Origin: an uncultured candidatus Porisulfidus sp.
GTDB taxonomy: Bacteria > Pseudomonadota > Gammaproteobacteria > Poriferisulfidales > Oxydemutatoraceae
Direction of reading: 5' to 3'
Assembly (NCBI GenBank): GCA_965215125.1
Contig: OZ244052.1
Span: forward strand, 1,242,468 to 1,306,467
Length of the DNA: 64,000 nucleotides
The translations under genes were made by a program, and so were the position numbers. How positions within the stretch are numbered: the stretch's first letter is position 1; every line of letters starts with the position of its first letter. This document shows, one piece after another, positions 1-11,188 of the stretch. The notes under the pieces are model-generated. The model had not been told where the DNA came from. It worked only from the letters and a program-made list of their open reading frames with translations, and made no database searches.

Positions 1-793
1 TGGTTGCATAGTCTAGAGCGTCGGGCGGTGTTTCGTCCTTATAACGGATACCGAAGCCCCCACCTATATCAATGTGAGTAATTCGTAGCCCATTCTCGCA
101 AAGTCGGTCTGCCGTTTCAACGAGTTGTTGTAGCGCGGCGGCATAAGGTTCGGGAGACATAATTTGTGAACCGATATGGCATGCGATACCACATTCCCGT
201 AGCAAGGCACTGTGGTGTATTTTTTGATAAAGTGCTATCGCCTGTTGCCGGTCTACGCCGAATTTATTATGGTGTAAGCCGGTCGCAATATAAGGATGTG
301 TTTCGGCATCTACATCGGGGTTGACGCGTATTGCAACCGGGGCTGTCACATCGAGTGTACCGGCAACTTTTTCTACTAGTAGGAGTTCCGATTCCGATTC
401 TACGTTAATACAAAAAATACCTGCGCGTAGGGCAGCTTCTATTTCCCATTGTTGTTTGCCCACGCCCGAGAATACGGTTTTCCCGGTGTCGCCGCCGCCT
501 CGGCGCACCCGTTCAAGTTCGCCGCCCGAGACGATATCAAAACCGCTACCGAACTGCGCCAATAGATTGAGTATCGCGATATTGGAACACGCCTTGACCG
601 CATAATGGATTTGGTATTGTTGTCCGTTGAATGCGTCGGACAAGGTATGCAAGTTTTTTTCAATCGCGGCTTTTGAATAAACATAAACGGGTGTGCCACA
701 TTCATAGGCTATTTTTTCAAAAGGGACATCCTCGCAATATAGTTTTCGGTGCACCGAATGTAAGGACGGTGCCGTATAACTATAATCTTTCAT
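1..793 (-). CDS. lysA: Diaminopimelate decarboxylase, N-terminal ~264 codons (gene continues past the left window edge)
   Basis: Own minus-strand translation from ATG 793-791: MKDYSYTAPSLHSVHRKLYCEDVPFEKIAYECGTPVYVYSK...IHYAVKACSN (PLP-lysine motif)...GFDIVSGGELERV...CHIGSQI...IDIGGGFGIRY. Absent from the ORF track because no stop lies inside the window. Confidence 0.85.
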   Translation of the reverse strand, partial: MKDYSYTAPSLHSVHRKLYCEDVPFEKIAYECGTPVYVYSKAAIEKNLHTLSDAFNGQQYQIHYAVKACSNIAILNLLAQFGSGFDIVSGGELERVRRGGGDTGKTVFSGVGKQQWEIEAALRAGIFCINVESESELLLVEKVAGTLDVTAPVAIRVNPDVDAETHPYIATGLHHNKFGVDRQQAIALYQKIHHSALLRECGIACHIGSQIMSPEPYAAALQQLVETADRLCENGLRITHIDIGGGFGIRYKDETPPDALDYAT

Positions 794-903
794 TGCGTTT
801 CTTTTTGTTGCATTTCTTCGGGCGGCAGGTACAGCGGTCCCGATTGCCCGCAAGCACCGAGCAGTAATATCATCAATAAGCAAAAAGCAGTGGTGGTTCG
901 CAA
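790..903 (-). CDS. lptM: Small lipoprotein of LptM/YifL type (37 aa, TTG start)
   Basis: Minus-strand ORF (M)RTTTAFCLLMILLLGACGQSGPLYLPPEEMQQKETQ. Lipobox LLGAC followed by GPLYLP signature. Its stop overlaps the lysA start (ATGA). The position upstream of lysA is classical. Confidence 0.6.
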   Translation of the reverse strand: MRTTTAFCLLMILLLGACGQSGPLYLPPEEMQQKETQ

Positions 904-963
904 ATCAAGCCCTATCTAAGTATGTTATAATTGCCTAGTTTATCAGATGAGAGGTAGCAATAT

Positions 964-1407
964 ATGGACAATCGTCGTAGAGAATTTATCGAAAAAAGCA
1001 TCGCCGCCGGCATTGCCTCTTTGGTGGCACCGTCGTTGGCATTCGCCGAGTGGCCGCAAGTTGCATTTGAGAAGACCGACTTGGCGCAAGCAATCGCCGC
1101 TATTTCGCAAGGCGATCCACAAGACGGAGACATCACTTTGGTCGCACCCAAAATTGCCGAAAACGGAGCTCAAGTCAGAGTTGAAGTGGAGGCTAATATG
1201 GACAATGTAGAGTGGATTAGTATTCTAGTCGATAAAAATCCCGTGCCGTTGACCTCTCAATTTCTAATGATGGGAGAGAGCGAGCCTTTTGTTGCCGCGA
1301 ACATAAAAGTGCGTGAGACTTCTAATGTGATCGCACTCGTCAAAGCCGATGGCAGATATTATAGTGCGCGCCAAGAAGTCAAGGTCACCGCCGGCGGTTG
1401 TGGTTAG
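964..1407 (+). CDS. soxY: Sulfur carrier protein SoxY
   Basis: Tat-type signal RRREFI..AFA. C-terminal carrier-cysteine motif ...VTAGGCG. Followed 16 nt later by soxZ. Confidence 0.9.
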   Translation: MDNRRREFIEKSIAAGIASLVAPSLAFAEWPQVAFEKTDLAQAIAAISQGDPQDGDITLVAPKIAENGAQVRVEVEANMDNVEWISILVDKNPVPLTSQFLMMGESEPFVAANIKVRETSNVIALVKADGRYYSARQEVKVTAGGCG

Positions 1408-1422
1408 CCTTGGGAGCGAATA

Positions 1423-1734
1423 ATGGAAAAAACGATCAAAATGCGGATTAGCAAACAAGATGACGAAGTAATCGTCAAAGCGTTAATCAAGCATCCTATG
1501 GAAACCGGACGTAGGGTTGACGAAGAAACCGGCGAGACGATCCCGGCAAACTTCATACAGACGGTGATCGGCGAATACGAAGGTAAAAAAGTCTTCACCG
1601 CCTACTGGGGAACCGGTGTCTCTCAAAATCCGTTTATCTCTTTCAAGTTCAAGGGAGGGGAAGAATCCAAAGTAGTCAAACTGAGTTGGTTTGATAACCA
1701 AGGACAATCGGATAGTTTAGAGGTTGCTATCTGA
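1423..1734 (+). CDS. soxZ: Sulfur compound chelating protein SoxZ
   Basis: 103 aa with SoxZ-like sequence (KVFTAYWGTGVSQNPFISFKFKGG). Tightly paired with soxY. Confidence 0.85.
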   Translation: MEKTIKMRISKQDDEVIVKALIKHPMETGRRVDEETGETIPANFIQTVIGEYEGKKVFTAYWGTGVSQNPFISFKFKGGEESKVVKLSWFDNQGQSDSLEVAI

Positions 1735-1800
1735 CTACCTGACACCCCTCCTGCAGAGGAAGGCTAACATGCTCTTCCATAAAGGGAATAGTTCGCCCTT

Positions 1801-1836
1801 AAATATGTAGCTTACGGTAGGGTGTGCTACATATTT
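1801..1836 (+). terminator. 11-bp-stem hairpin downstream of soxZ (possible terminator)
   Basis: AAATATGTAGC-14 nt-GCTACATATTT, followed by an A/T-rich stretch but no clean U-tract. Confidence 0.3.
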
Positions 1837-1981
1837 ATAGCACGTAGTTTTCCTTATATCGTGTATCATAGGTACTAGTGAATATGCATTTTGATGCTTA
1901 AAGCTGTAAGCAACGAGATACAGGCATAAATCAACTATCCCTACACCATGAACATAGTTTTAGTACTTATAGCTTATCGGT

Positions 1982-3343
1982 ATGTTAATTGAAGTCAAAA
2001 AAGGGCTGGATATTCCGCTATCGGGTGAACCCGAACAGCGCATAGAAGACCGCGCTCCACCCTCGCGCGTTGCAGTGGTATTTAGGGCTTATCATAATCT
2101 AAAGCCGCATTTGAATGTGTCGGTAGGTGATGAAGCGGCAAAGGGTCAAGTGTTGGCGGAAAATAAAGTTTTACCGGGCGTTTGCTATACCTCGCCGGCG
2201 AGCGGTGTTATAGAAGCTATCCACCGCGGCGAGCGACGCAAACTTTTATCGATAGTGATACGTCTCGAAGGTCAACGCAATAGGCAATTTGATAAATTCG
2301 ATGTAGACCAACTGGCATCGTTGGATAGGGCGCAAGTACAAAGCCAACTGTTGACCTCGGGTTTATGGACAACCTTGCGTACCCGTCCCTATAGTGAGAC
2401 TCCGGAACCCGACAGCATGCCTCATTCTATTTTTGTAACCGCAATGGACAGTCGTCCGCTGGCTGCCGACCCGCAAGTGGTAATCACTGCCACTAAGAAG
2501 CAATCGCAATACTTTAACGCCGGATTGAAGATACTCTCGCGGTTGGGAGACAACACAATATATGTTTGTGTTGCCCAAGGTTCCAAAATCACCGTGCCGG
2601 AGAATCAACAGCTAAAGCGCGTAGAATTTTCCGGTCCGCATCCTGCCGGTTTGTTAGGAACGCATATACATTTCTTAGATCCTATCTACGGCGATAAAAC
2701 CGTATGGGGAATAGGTTATCAAGATGTTGTTGCGATAGGCGAGCTATTTTTAACCGGCATCTATCCGGCGCATCGGGTTATTTCTTTCGCCGGTCCTGCG
2801 GTTAAAAGCCCGCGTTTGTTACGGGTACAGATAGGTACTCCGTTGCACGATATATGTAGCGGAGAGTTGCATACCGACGCAGCGCGCATCATCGCAGGTT
2901 CGCCGTTGGACGGCTCCGATATTGTCGAAGAAACCGCATATCTAGGTGCATTTGAGTTGCAAGTCTCGGTTCTGCCCAAACAAGCACAGGTACCTTTGCT
3001 GGCGTGGCTGCGTCCGAGTCTCAATTTATTTTCAATCACCCGAGCTTTCCCGTTGTCCTCGTTCGGGAAAGATAAACCCAAATGGTCTTTTACATGCATG
3101 CAAAACGGTAGCAAGCGCGCAATAGTTCCTATAGCACTTTACGAACGTGTAATGCCGTTGGATTTATTGGCAACCCAACTGATTAAATCGCTATTGGTTA
3201 TGGACACCGATACATCGCAACAACTAGGGTGTCTGGAACTCGACGAAGAGGATTTGGCTTTATGTGCTTATGTCTGCCCCGGCAAGCACGATTTAGGACC
3301 TATATTGCGTAGGAACTTGGAAAAAATCAAACAGGAAGGATAA
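1982..3343 (+). CDS. nqrA: Na+-translocating NADH:quinone oxidoreductase subunit A
   Basis: N-terminus MLIEVKKGLDIPLSGEP is typical of NqrA. First gene of a complete nqrABCDEF order. Confidence 0.95.
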   Translation: MLIEVKKGLDIPLSGEPEQRIEDRAPPSRVAVVFRAYHNLKPHLNVSVGDEAAKGQVLAENKVLPGVCYTSPASGVIEAIHRGERRKLLSIVIRLEGQRNRQFDKFDVDQLASLDRAQVQSQLLTSGLWTTLRTRPYSETPEPDSMPHSIFVTAMDSRPLAADPQVVITATKKQSQYFNAGLKILSRLGDNTIYVCVAQGSKITVPENQQLKRVEFSGPHPAGLLGTHIHFLDPIYGDKTVWGIGYQDVVAIGELFLTGIYPAHRVISFAGPAVKSPRLLRVQIGTPLHDICSGELHTDAARIIAGSPLDGSDIVEETAYLGAFELQVSVLPKQAQVPLLAWLRPSLNLFSITRAFPLSSFGKDKPKWSFTCMQNGSKRAIVPIALYERVMPLDLLATQLIKSLLVMDTDTSQQLGCLELDEEDLALCAYVCPGKHDLGPILRRNLEKIKQEG

Positions 3344-4557
3344 TGGCGCGCTTTAGAAGTTGGCTCGGATCTCGTCAGCCTTTGTTCGAAAAAGGCGGGC
3401 GACTTAATAAATACTATCCGATTTACGAAATGGTCGATACTTTCTTGTATTGGACCAAGGAAACAACGCAATGTGCGCCGCACATACGCGACGGCATCGA
3501 TATCAAGCGAGTGATGAGCTATGTCGTGTTGGCAACATTACCTTGCGTAGTAATGTCTTGGTTTAATACCGGCTATCAAGCGAACCTCGCATTGCTTGAA
3601 CTCAATCAGCAGGCGTTATCGGGGTGGCGAGGTGCGCTGACGACACAATTCGGTATCCCCTACGACCCGAACAATGTTTTGGCTTGCTTGTGGCTGGGAT
3701 TTTTGCATTTTCTGCCGGTGTATCTAGTGACGATAATCGCCGGCGGATTATGGGAAGTATTGTTTGCCACGGTACGCAAGCACGAGGTCAATGAAGGATT
3801 TTTGGTGACCTCGATGCTTTATACATTAACCTTGCCGCCGGATATTCCCTTGTGGATGGTAGCCTTGGGTATCTCTTTCGGTGTGGTGATAGGTAAAGAA
3901 GTTTTCGGCGGTACCGGCAAAAACTTTCTCAACCCGGCATTGACCGGGCGCGCCTTCCTTTATTTTGCCTATCCGGCTTTTATGTCGGGCGATGAAGTGT
4001 GGGTAGCGGTAGACGGTTATAGTTATGCAACGCCTCTGGGTATTGCCGCAACCGCCGGCTTGGAAGGTGCCATCGCACAAGGATATACTTGGTGGCAAGC
4101 CTTTTTAGGTTTGTTGCCGGGATCACTCGGCGAGACCTCGACATTGGCTTGTTTGCTGGGCGGAATTTTTTTGGTCTATACAAGGATTGCGTCATGGCGT
4201 ATTATATTAGGTGTATTTTTCGGCATGATGCTGACCTCGCTATTGTTTAATTGGATAGGAAGTACCACGAATCCGATGTTTTCTATGCCGTGGCATTGGC
4301 ATTTGGTGTTGGGGGGGTTTGCATTCGGTATGATATACATGGCAACCGACCCGGTGTCTGCTGCAGGCACCGAAGCCGGCCGCTGGATTTTTGGTTTATT
4401 AATTGGTTTTATGGTAGTGCTCATACGCGTAATCAACCCTGCTTTCCCGGAAGGCATGATGCTGGCGATTTTGTTCGCTAACATTTTTGCACCTACGATA
4501 GACTATTGTGTGGTCCGCATACACACCCACCGAAGGCTGAGACGTTATGCACAATGA
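3343..4557 (+). CDS. nqrB: Na+-NQR subunit B
   Basis: Polytopic membrane protein with an NqrB/RnfD-like sequence (GGTGKNFLNPALTGRAFLYFAYP). ATG overlaps the nqrA stop. Confidence 0.95.
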   Translation: MARFRSWLGSRQPLFEKGGRLNKYYPIYEMVDTFLYWTKETTQCAPHIRDGIDIKRVMSYVVLATLPCVVMSWFNTGYQANLALLELNQQALSGWRGALTTQFGIPYDPNNVLACLWLGFLHFLPVYLVTIIAGGLWEVLFATVRKHEVNEGFLVTSMLYTLTLPPDIPLWMVALGISFGVVIGKEVFGGTGKNFLNPALTGRAFLYFAYPAFMSGDEVWVAVDGYSYATPLGIAATAGLEGAIAQGYTWWQAFLGLLPGSLGETSTLACLLGGIFLVYTRIASWRIILGVFFGMMLTSLLFNWIGSTTNPMFSMPWHWHLVLGGFAFGMIYMATDPVSAAGTEAGRWIFGLLIGFMVVLIRVINPAFPEGMMLAILFANIFAPTIDYCVVRIHTHRRLRRYAQ

Positions 4558-5350
4558 TACTTTGACAAAAACGCTGATGGTTACAATCGGCTTATGTTTG
4601 CTATGCTCGTTGGTTGTTTCCACCGCAGCGGTTGTTTTATCACCGTTGCAGGAGAAAAATAAAAAAAATGCGCTCAATGTTAGTGTTCTGCAAGTTGCCG
4701 GCATCTACCGCCCCGATATTCCCGTTGAAGAGCAGTTCGCAAAGGTGCGGGCGAAGGTAATAGATCTTAGCGAAGGTGTCTATGTAGATACTCCCGAGCC
4801 CGACAATTTTGATATGGTCTCGGCAGCGCGCAACCCCGACTTCGGTACACCGTTATCCAAAGCCGACGATATCGCCGGAATAAGCTACCTGCCCCGCTAT
4901 GCCAAAATTTACTTGATATCTTCCGAGGGCGAACCGGATAAAATAGTGTTACCTATTTATGGTTATGGTCTGTGGTCTGTGTTGTACGGTTTTATCACAC
5001 TGGAAGCCGATGCCAACACGGTTTATGCCTTACAATTTTATCAACACGGTGAAACACCCGGGTTGGGTGGCCGTGTCGACGACCCTAAATGGCGGGCATT
5101 GTGGCAAGGTAAAAAAGTCTACGCAACAGACTCAGAACCCCGGTTATCCGTAGTCAAGGGTCAAGTGAATGATCGCGACCCCCTTTCCTCTTATAAGGTA
5201 GACGGATTATCGGGTGCCACTTTGACCGGATTAGGCGTCGATCACATGATAGACTTTTGGTTCGGACAAATGGGTTATAGAAAATTTTTAGAGAAACAGT
5301 TTTATGGAATGGCAACAAGGCAAAAAGGTTCTGTTAGATCCGCTGGTTGA
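4547..5350 (+). CDS. nqrC: Na+-NQR subunit C
   Basis: N-terminal TM segment and an FMN-attachment region ([11 protein letters not shown]). Position in the operon fits. Confidence 0.93.
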   Translation: MHNDTLTKTLMVTIGLCLLCSLVVSTAAVVLSPLQEKNKKNALNVSVLQVAGIYRPDIPVEEQFAKVRAKVIDLSEGVYVDTPEPDNFDMVSAARNPDFGTPLSKADDIAGISYLPRYAKIYLISSEGEPDKIVLPIYGYGLWSVLYGFITLEADANTVYALQFYQHGETPGLGGRVDDPKWRALWQGKKVYATDSEPRLSVVKGQVNDRDPLSSYKVDGLSGATLTGLGVDHMIDFWFGQMGYRKFLEKQFYGMATRQKGSVRSAG

Positions 5351-5960
5351 TAACAACCCGATTACTTTACAAATACTCGGTATTTGTTCGGCGTTGGCGG
5401 TAACCACAACCCTGGCGGCATCGCTGATTATGTGTTTGGCATTGACCTCGGTATTGGCATTATCCAATAGTTCGATCAGCATGATCCGAAACCACATACC
5501 GACCAATGTACGCATCATCATACAAATGACGATTATTGCGTCGCTGGTTATTTTAGTAGATCAAATACTCAAAGCCTACGCTTACGAGATCAGTAAATCG
5601 TTATCGGTCTTCGTCGGATTGATTATTACCAACTGTATCGTGTTGGGGCGTGCCGAGGCTTTTGCAATGAAAAGCCCGGTTGCCGAGAGCTTTATGGACG
5701 GCTTGGGGAACGGTTTGGGATATAGTTTGGTTTTAATCGTGGTCGGCACAATCCGGGAGTTATTCGGATCCGGCACCTTATTGGGTTATCCGGTGCTACT
5801 GCCGTTATCGGAAGGTGGGTGGTATCAACCCAACGGCTTGTTGCTGTTGCCGCCGAGTGCTTTTTTCATTATCGGTCTGATGATTTGGGTCATACGGGCT
5901 TATCGCCCGGTACAAGTAGAACAAGCCGAGTTTAGGATACAAACCGCAAAAACCGCTTAG
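5304..5960 (+). CDS. nqrD: Na+-NQR subunit D
   Basis: [28 protein letters not shown] matches the NqrD N-terminus from the first Met. This implies a 47-nt overlap with nqrC. Confidence 0.93.
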   Translation: MEWQQGKKVLLDPLVDNNPITLQILGICSALAVTTTLAASLIMCLALTSVLALSNSSISMIRNHIPTNVRIIIQMTIIASLVILVDQILKAYAYEISKSLSVFVGLIITNCIVLGRAEAFAMKSPVAESFMDGLGNGLGYSLVLIVVGTIRELFGSGTLLGYPVLLPLSEGGWYQPNGLLLLPPSAFFIIGLMIWVIRAYRPVQVEQAEFRIQTAKTA

Positions 5961-5962
5961 TC

Positions 5963-6571
5963 ATGGAAGCGCAGTTATCGTTATTAATCAGAGCCGTCTT
6001 TATAGAAAATCTGGCACTCGCTTTCTTTCTGGGTATGTGCACTTTTCTGGCCATCTCCAAGAAAATGGAGAACGCTATCGGTTTAGGGATTGCGGTGATT
6101 GTCGTGCAAAGTCTGACCGTGCCTATCAATAATCTGATTTATCAATTCGTACTGAAGAAGGGTGCCCTAGCATGGGCGGGTCTACCGGAGATAGATTTAT
6201 CGTTTTTGGGTTTCATCAGCTATATCGGTATCATCGCTGCAGTGGTACAGATACTAGAGATGTTTTTGGATCGTTTCGTGCCGGTGCTATATAACGCATT
6301 GGGCATTTTTCTGCCGTTGATTACGGTGAACTGTGCGATCCTCGGTGGTTCGCTTTTTATGGTTGAACGTAGCTACGATTTCAACGAAAGCGTAATTTAT
6401 GGTTTCGGCAGCGGGCTGGGGTGGGCATTGGCGATTATTGCGCTTGCCGGCATCCGTGAAAAACTCAAGTACAGCGATGTGCCGGAAGGCTTACGTGGTT
6501 TGGGTATTACCTTTATCACAGTGGGCTTGATGTCGTTGGGCTTTATGGCGTTTTCCGGTATACAATTATAG
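5963..6571 (+). CDS. nqrE: Na+-NQR subunit E
   Basis: 202-aa polytopic protein ([18 protein letters not shown]...TVNCAILGG), NqrE/RnfA-like. Confidence 0.93.
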   Translation: MEAQLSLLIRAVFIENLALAFFLGMCTFLAISKKMENAIGLGIAVIVVQSLTVPINNLIYQFVLKKGALAWAGLPEIDLSFLGFISYIGIIAAVVQILEMFLDRFVPVLYNALGIFLPLITVNCAILGGSLFMVERSYDFNESVIYGFGSGLGWALAIIALAGIREKLKYSDVPEGLRGLGITFITVGLMSLGFMAFSGIQL

Positions 6572-6584
6572 TTGGAGTATAGAA

Positions 6585-7805
6585 ATGTTGGAGATTAGTT
6601 TAGGTGTAGGTTTTTTTATCGCTATCGTTTTGATGCAAGTGCTGATTATCCGCGTTGCACGCGGCTTTTTGGTCTCAACCGGCAATGTCAAATTAACGGT
6701 GAATAACGAGCGCGAATTGAATGCGCAAGTCGGTAGTAAATTGCTTCCGGCACTTGCGAACAACGGTTTATTCGTATCTTCGGCTTGCGGCGGCGGCGGC
6801 ACTTGCGGTCAATGCCGCGTCAAGGTGTTGTCCGGCGGCGGTGCGATCTTGCCTACCGAGGAAACCTATATCAACAAGCGAGAACAACACGAAGGCTATA
6901 GGCTATCCTGCCAGTTGACGGTTAAGCAAGATATACGGCTGGAGTTGTTGCCCGAAGTGTTCGGATGCAAGCAGTGGTTGTGCAAAGTAAGGTCTAACGA
7001 GAATGTCGCAACCTTTATCAAGAATTTGGTTCTGGAGCTTCCCGAAGGCGAGGTTGTAGATTTTCGTGCCGGCGGTTATATACAAATAGAATGTCCACCG
7101 CACCGAGTTTGTTTTTCGGATTTTGATATCAACACCGAGTTCAGAGATGCATGGGATAATTTTAATCTATGGCAATACGAATCGGAGACCAAAGCGGCGG
7201 TCTCACGCGCGTATTCAATGGCGAACTATCCCGACGAAAAAGGCATCATCATGTTGAATGTGCGTATTGCCACACCACCACCGAAGAGTGATTTTGCACC
7301 CGGTATTATGTCGTCTTATTTGTTTTCCTTACAGCCCGGCGACACGGTTAAAATTTCCGGCCCCTTCGGTGAATTCTTTGCCAAAGACACTTTGAACGAG
7401 ATGATTTTTATCGGTGGCGGCGCAGGTATGGCACCTATGCGTTCTCATATATTCGATCAACTAAAGCGGCTACATAACGACCGGCGTAAAATTAGCTTTT
7501 GGTACGGCGCGCGTAGTTATAGAGAAGCCTTTTTTATAGAAGACTTCGACACCTTGCAAAAACAGTTTGACAACTTTGAATGGCACCTTGCGCTATCGGA
7601 CCCGCAACCGGAAGATCAGTGGCAAGGTTATACCGGTTTTATACACCAAGTGTTGTACGATAATTATCTGGGGCAACACGAAGCCCCCGAGGATTGCGAG
7701 TACTATATTTGTGGTCCGCCGATGATGAACACCGCAGTGATAGAAATGCTACGCCGATTGGGCGTTGAAGACGATAATGTCTTCTTCGACGATTTCGGCG
7801 GATGA
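6585..7805 (+). CDS. nqrF: Na+-NQR subunit F (2Fe-2S ferredoxin plus FAD/NADH domain)
   Basis: N-terminal TM segment, [10 protein letters not shown]...C 2Fe-2S motif, RAYSMAN FAD motif, [12 protein letters not shown] motif. Confidence 0.95.
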   Translation: MLEISLGVGFFIAIVLMQVLIIRVARGFLVSTGNVKLTVNNERELNAQVGSKLLPALANNGLFVSSACGGGGTCGQCRVKVLSGGGAILPTEETYINKREQHEGYRLSCQLTVKQDIRLELLPEVFGCKQWLCKVRSNENVATFIKNLVLELPEGEVVDFRAGGYIQIECPPHRVCFSDFDINTEFRDAWDNFNLWQYESETKAAVSRAYSMANYPDEKGIIMLNVRIATPPPKSDFAPGIMSSYLFSLQPGDTVKISGPFGEFFAKDTLNEMIFIGGGAGMAPMRSHIFDQLKRLHNDRRKISFWYGARSYREAFFIEDFDTLQKQFDNFEWHLALSDPQPEDQWQGYTGFIHQVLYDNYLGQHEAPEDCEYYICGPPMMNTAVIEMLRRLGVEDDNVFFDDFGG

Positions 7806-8863
7806 ATGTGTTCAACTTGACGATAGTCGGTTATCATCGTTCCGGCAAGCTCGTTTTGTCGACGGCACTCTTGTTGATGCTCGTTGCATGTGGTGGTGAA
7901 CTGCCGCATAACGAGCGCCGTCTCGGCGGTGAAACGATGGGAACCTCATGGTCTATCAAGCTATACAGTCCCATCTCCGACGAGCAATTCAGTTTAATCT
8001 CCACGGAGAGCATCGACATGCTTGCCGATCTGAACCAAAAACTATCTACCTACAAACAGGACTCGGAGATTACCCGTTTTAATTTATCGTCCGAACTCGG
8101 CTGGCAGCCGGTTTCCGATGAATTCGCTACTTTGGTTGAAAAGGCACTTCTCATCAGCGAATTATCGCAAGGTGCGTTTGATATAACGGTATCGCCTTTG
8201 GTTGATTTATGGGGGTTCTCCAAAGATGAAAAAGAGACGATGGCCTTCCCGAGCGCAGATGAGATTGCACGTGTTAAGGCGACTACCGGGTATCGGTATT
8301 TACAAGTGCGCAAGCAACCGCCGGCATTAAAAAAAGTGCTTCCCGAACTCCATATAGATTTATCGGCAATCGCCAAAGGCTACGCCGCAGATCGCTTGGC
8401 AACAATGTTGGAAGCGCACGGTGTGATTAATTATCTTGCCGAGGTCGGAGGCGAACTGAAGGCATCCGGTATTAGCAAGGCGTTGCGTCCTTGGCTTGTG
8501 GGTGTTGAAAAGCCGGTTCCGGGATGGCGCGAAATCATGCGCGCCGTAGAAGTGCGCGGCAACGGTGTTGGCACTTCGGGAGACTACCGCAATTTTATAG
8601 AAATAAACGGCACGCGCTATTCTCATACCATAGACCCGCGTAGTGGAATGCCAACCGTCTACAAGGGGGCATCGGTAACCGTAATTACGGAAAGCGCGTT
8701 GGCGGCAGATGCTTGGGCAACTGCCTTTTTTATTCTGCCCAAGGATGAAGCACTACGGCTTTCGGAACAGCATCAGTTGGGCATCTATTATGTAGAGCAG
8801 TCCGAAGACGGATTTGTACAAACGATGAACAGCCGGTTCGCCGATTATTTGGTACACGAATAA
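7802..8863 (+). CDS. apbE: FAD:protein FMN transferase ApbE (lipoprotein)
   Basis: Lipobox LLMLVACGG and ApbE-like core ([20 protein letters not shown]). Canonical position after nqrF. Confidence 0.9.
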   Translation: MNVFNLTIVGYHRSGKLVLSTALLLMLVACGGELPHNERRLGGETMGTSWSIKLYSPISDEQFSLISTESIDMLADLNQKLSTYKQDSEITRFNLSSELGWQPVSDEFATLVEKALLISELSQGAFDITVSPLVDLWGFSKDEKETMAFPSADEIARVKATTGYRYLQVRKQPPALKKVLPELHIDLSAIAKGYAADRLATMLEAHGVINYLAEVGGELKASGISKALRPWLVGVEKPVPGWREIMRAVEVRGNGVGTSGDYRNFIEINGTRYSHTIDPRSGMPTVYKGASVTVITESALAADAWATAFFILPKDEALRLSEQHQLGIYYVEQSEDGFVQTMNSRFADYLVHE

Positions 8864-8884
8864 ATGTTTCTATAGAGTGATAGT

Positions 8885-9070
8885 ATGTGGTTGACCTTTG
8901 TTATTGCGTTTATCGTGTTTGTGCTTGTAGCTTTGGCACTGGCAATAGGCTTGCTGATCTCGGGTAAAACGATAAAAGGGAGTTGCGGTGGCATAAACTG
9001 CGGGTTATGTAAAGACGAATCCACTGCGTGTAAGCGAGCAGATATGTTCAAAGATACGGCAAAAGACTAA
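8885..9070 (+). CDS. nqrM: Na+-NQR maturation protein NqrM
   Basis: 61 aa with one TM segment plus a Cys-rich tail (GSCGGINCGLCKDESTAC). Canonical position after apbE. Confidence 0.8.
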   Translation: MWLTFVIAFIVFVLVALALAIGLLISGKTIKGSCGGINCGLCKDESTACKRADMFKDTAKD

Positions 9071-9072
9071 GT

Positions 9073-10248
9073 ATGGAGAAAATAACGAAGCAAGCACTGA
9101 AAAATGTAATTGATACAAGAAGAGAAGCATCGATTCTGGATGTTAGGACGCTTAGAGAATACATTGACTTTAGCATAAAAAACATACCGTTTATACCTCT
9201 TGAGTTGTTAGACCATATTCAACACCCGGAAGCGAAGTGGAATAAATCTAAACCTGTTTATGTCATATCTTACGCCGAGGCGCGTGCTAAAGCATTTTGT
9301 CATAAATTGGAGGCTTTAGGTTATCGCACATTTTACATAAAGGAGGGTGGAGTAAAGGCATGGTGCAGGAAAAATCTTTCTATAATAAACATAATAGATC
9401 TTCGGGACACTGATAAATCGGCATTATTGGCTACAAACGGCACAGGATCTGATTTTGTCTTTAATTTTAAGATACTCAAACAGCAAGCAGCAGGTTGGGC
9501 AAATTATCTGAATGAGATAATAAGCATAGCGTGGGTTTTTGAAAAAATGAATTGCAATATTAAGTTTGTCTTTGAGGAAGATTCTAGTTATTTTGAAAAT
9601 TCTACTCCTAAAGTTTTGCAGGAGTCTTCGTTTGAGAATTGTATAGCTTTACGATTTATCAGGAGAGCATTTGGCGATTATTCTATGTTAATTTCTTCGG
9701 AATATGCATACAGCGTAATGTCAAGACTAACCATTAACAAAAAGATACAAGAGCAAGCCGATGAATGGGTTCGCGCCAATCTAAAAGGCAATTGGATCGG
9801 AGTTCATTTTCGGGGAACTGATTTAACAAAACAGCGCAGCAAAGATTATATAGAACCAGATACTTATATTTCTTACTTAAAGAAAGTTGTAGCTAAGAAC
9901 CTTAATATTTTCGCCTGCTCCGATCAAGCCCAGTTTATTGACAAAATGCATGAGGCATTTCCCGATAGAGTGTTCGCTAGAAGTATTCGACGTTCTTACG
10001 ATCAAAAGCCCTTGCACCGTCGTACTCATTATAAAGGACCTCAACAAAAAAAAGATGCGCTGATAGATATTTTAATTTTATCTAAAGCCGATCTAATCTA
10101 TAAGACGGGAGGTAGGTTTTCGAACTCAACTAGATATTTCAATCCTGAAATCAAAATTATTACTCCTAATAAACGGTGGTGTGCATATATTTCCGAGAAT
10201 TTTGTCGGTATCCCTAAAGCAGATTTACCGGCAAGGTCAAATTTTTGA
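9073..10248 (+). CDS. Fusion protein: catalytically degenerate rhodanese domain plus fucosyltransferase-like (O-FucT/NodZ-like) C-terminal domain (tentative)
   Basis: The N-terminal ~100 aa are paralogous to the rhodanese gene at 11189, but the active-site Cys is replaced (VYVISYAEAR versus VYAMCRGGQR). The C-terminal domain has WIGVHFRGTD and DALIDILILSKADLIYKTGGRFSNSTRYF, resembling HxRxxD and DxxxLSxxDxxIGTxxSxFS fucosyltransferase motifs. AT-rich. Starts 2 nt after the nqrM stop. Confidence 0.55.
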   Translation: MEKITKQALKNVIDTRREASILDVRTLREYIDFSIKNIPFIPLELLDHIQHPEAKWNKSKPVYVISYAEARAKAFCHKLEALGYRTFYIKEGGVKAWCRKNLSIINIIDLRDTDKSALLATNGTGSDFVFNFKILKQQAAGWANYLNEIISIAWVFEKMNCNIKFVFEEDSSYFENSTPKVLQESSFENCIALRFIRRAFGDYSMLISSEYAYSVMSRLTINKKIQEQADEWVRANLKGNWIGVHFRGTDLTKQRSKDYIEPDTYISYLKKVVAKNLNIFACSDQAQFIDKMHEAFPDRVFARSIRRSYDQKPLHRRTHYKGPQQKKDALIDILILSKADLIYKTGGRFSNSTRYFNPEIKIITPNKRWCAYISENFVGIPKADLPARSNF

Positions 10249-10308
10249 AACACTACTATGGGAAATTACGCGCCCGATTGACGAACATTTAGTGTTATTA
10301 TTGAACCT

Positions 10309-11145
10309 ATGTATTCTACGATTATTTCAGTGCAAGAAATTGCAACACAACTAGATAACCCTAAATGGATTGTTTTTGATTGTTGTTTCAACGTCACTCA
10401 ACCCCAATGGGGAAGAGAGCAATATAACGCGGGGCACATACCCGGTGCTTACTACTGCGATTTAGACCGGGATTTATCGTCACCGCCTACGCCCGATAGT
10501 GGTCGTCATCCGTTGCCCGACCCTCAAACTTTAGGCGCAAAATTAGCCTCTTGGGGCGTGTCTGCCGATAGTCAGGTCGTGGTGTATGACGAAGCGGTCG
10601 GGGCGGTTGCAGCCAGAATGTGGTGGGTGTTGCGGTGGCTCGGACATACCTCGGTTGCGGTACTAGACGGCGGTTTAAGTAAATGGGAGGAAGCAGGTCA
10701 TCCGTTGAGTACGGAATTGCCTCAAGAAAGAGCAAAGGGTAATTTTCAACCGCATCCTGACGATGATTTATGGGTATCTACCACCAAGATTGAACGGATT
10801 AGAGCAGACGAACAAACGATTTTAATAGATGCCCGTTCCAAAGCTCGTTTTTGTGGTGAAGAAGAGCAGGTAGACCCTGTAGGTGGCCATATTCCCGGCG
10901 CGGTGAATCGTCCTTTAACCGATAATATGGGGAGCGACGGTTTTTTCCTCTCACCGCAAAGATTACGCGAGGATTATGAACCGCTATGCCGTGAGCGTAT
11001 CATTCACTATTGCGGTTCGGGTGTAACCGCATGCCATAATTTATTGGCGATGGAGATGTCGGGTTTAGGCCTACGGCAATTGTACGTAGGCTCTTGGAGT
11101 GAATGGATACGCGACAAGGCGCGTCCGATAGCAACGGGTGACTAA
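10309..11145 (+). CDS. sseA: Tandem-rhodanese sulfurtransferase (3-mercaptopyruvate/thiosulfate sulfurtransferase, SseA-like)
   Basis: Two rhodanese domains, active-site loop HYCGSGVTAC, and N-terminal GHIPGA motif. Confidence 0.85.
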   Translation: MYSTIISVQEIATQLDNPKWIVFDCCFNVTQPQWGREQYNAGHIPGAYYCDLDRDLSSPPTPDSGRHPLPDPQTLGAKLASWGVSADSQVVVYDEAVGAVAARMWWVLRWLGHTSVAVLDGGLSKWEEAGHPLSTELPQERAKGNFQPHPDDDLWVSTTKIERIRADEQTILIDARSKARFCGEEEQVDPVGGHIPGAVNRPLTDNMGSDGFFLSPQRLREDYEPLCRERIIHYCGSGVTACHNLLAMEMSGLGLRQLYVGSWSEWIRDKARPIATGD

Positions 11146-11188
11146 AAGTTTTAGACCAAGTACATTCCAACAATTATGGAGAATCAAT

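Noticed and set aside
321-1210. Short ORFs in the track at 321-605, 439-705, 631-867, 912-1173 and 947-1210
   Set aside because: The first three overlap the unlisted but clearly homologous lysA and lptM reading frames. The others overlap soxY or its leader and show no motif support.
4547-5350. 47-nt nqrC/nqrD overlap as a sign of frameshift or sequencing error
   Set aside because: NqrD aligns with known NqrD N-termini from its first Met ([14 protein letters not shown]..), and NqrC is full length with its FMN-attachment motif. The overlap most likely reflects a slightly extended NqrC tail, not a disruption.
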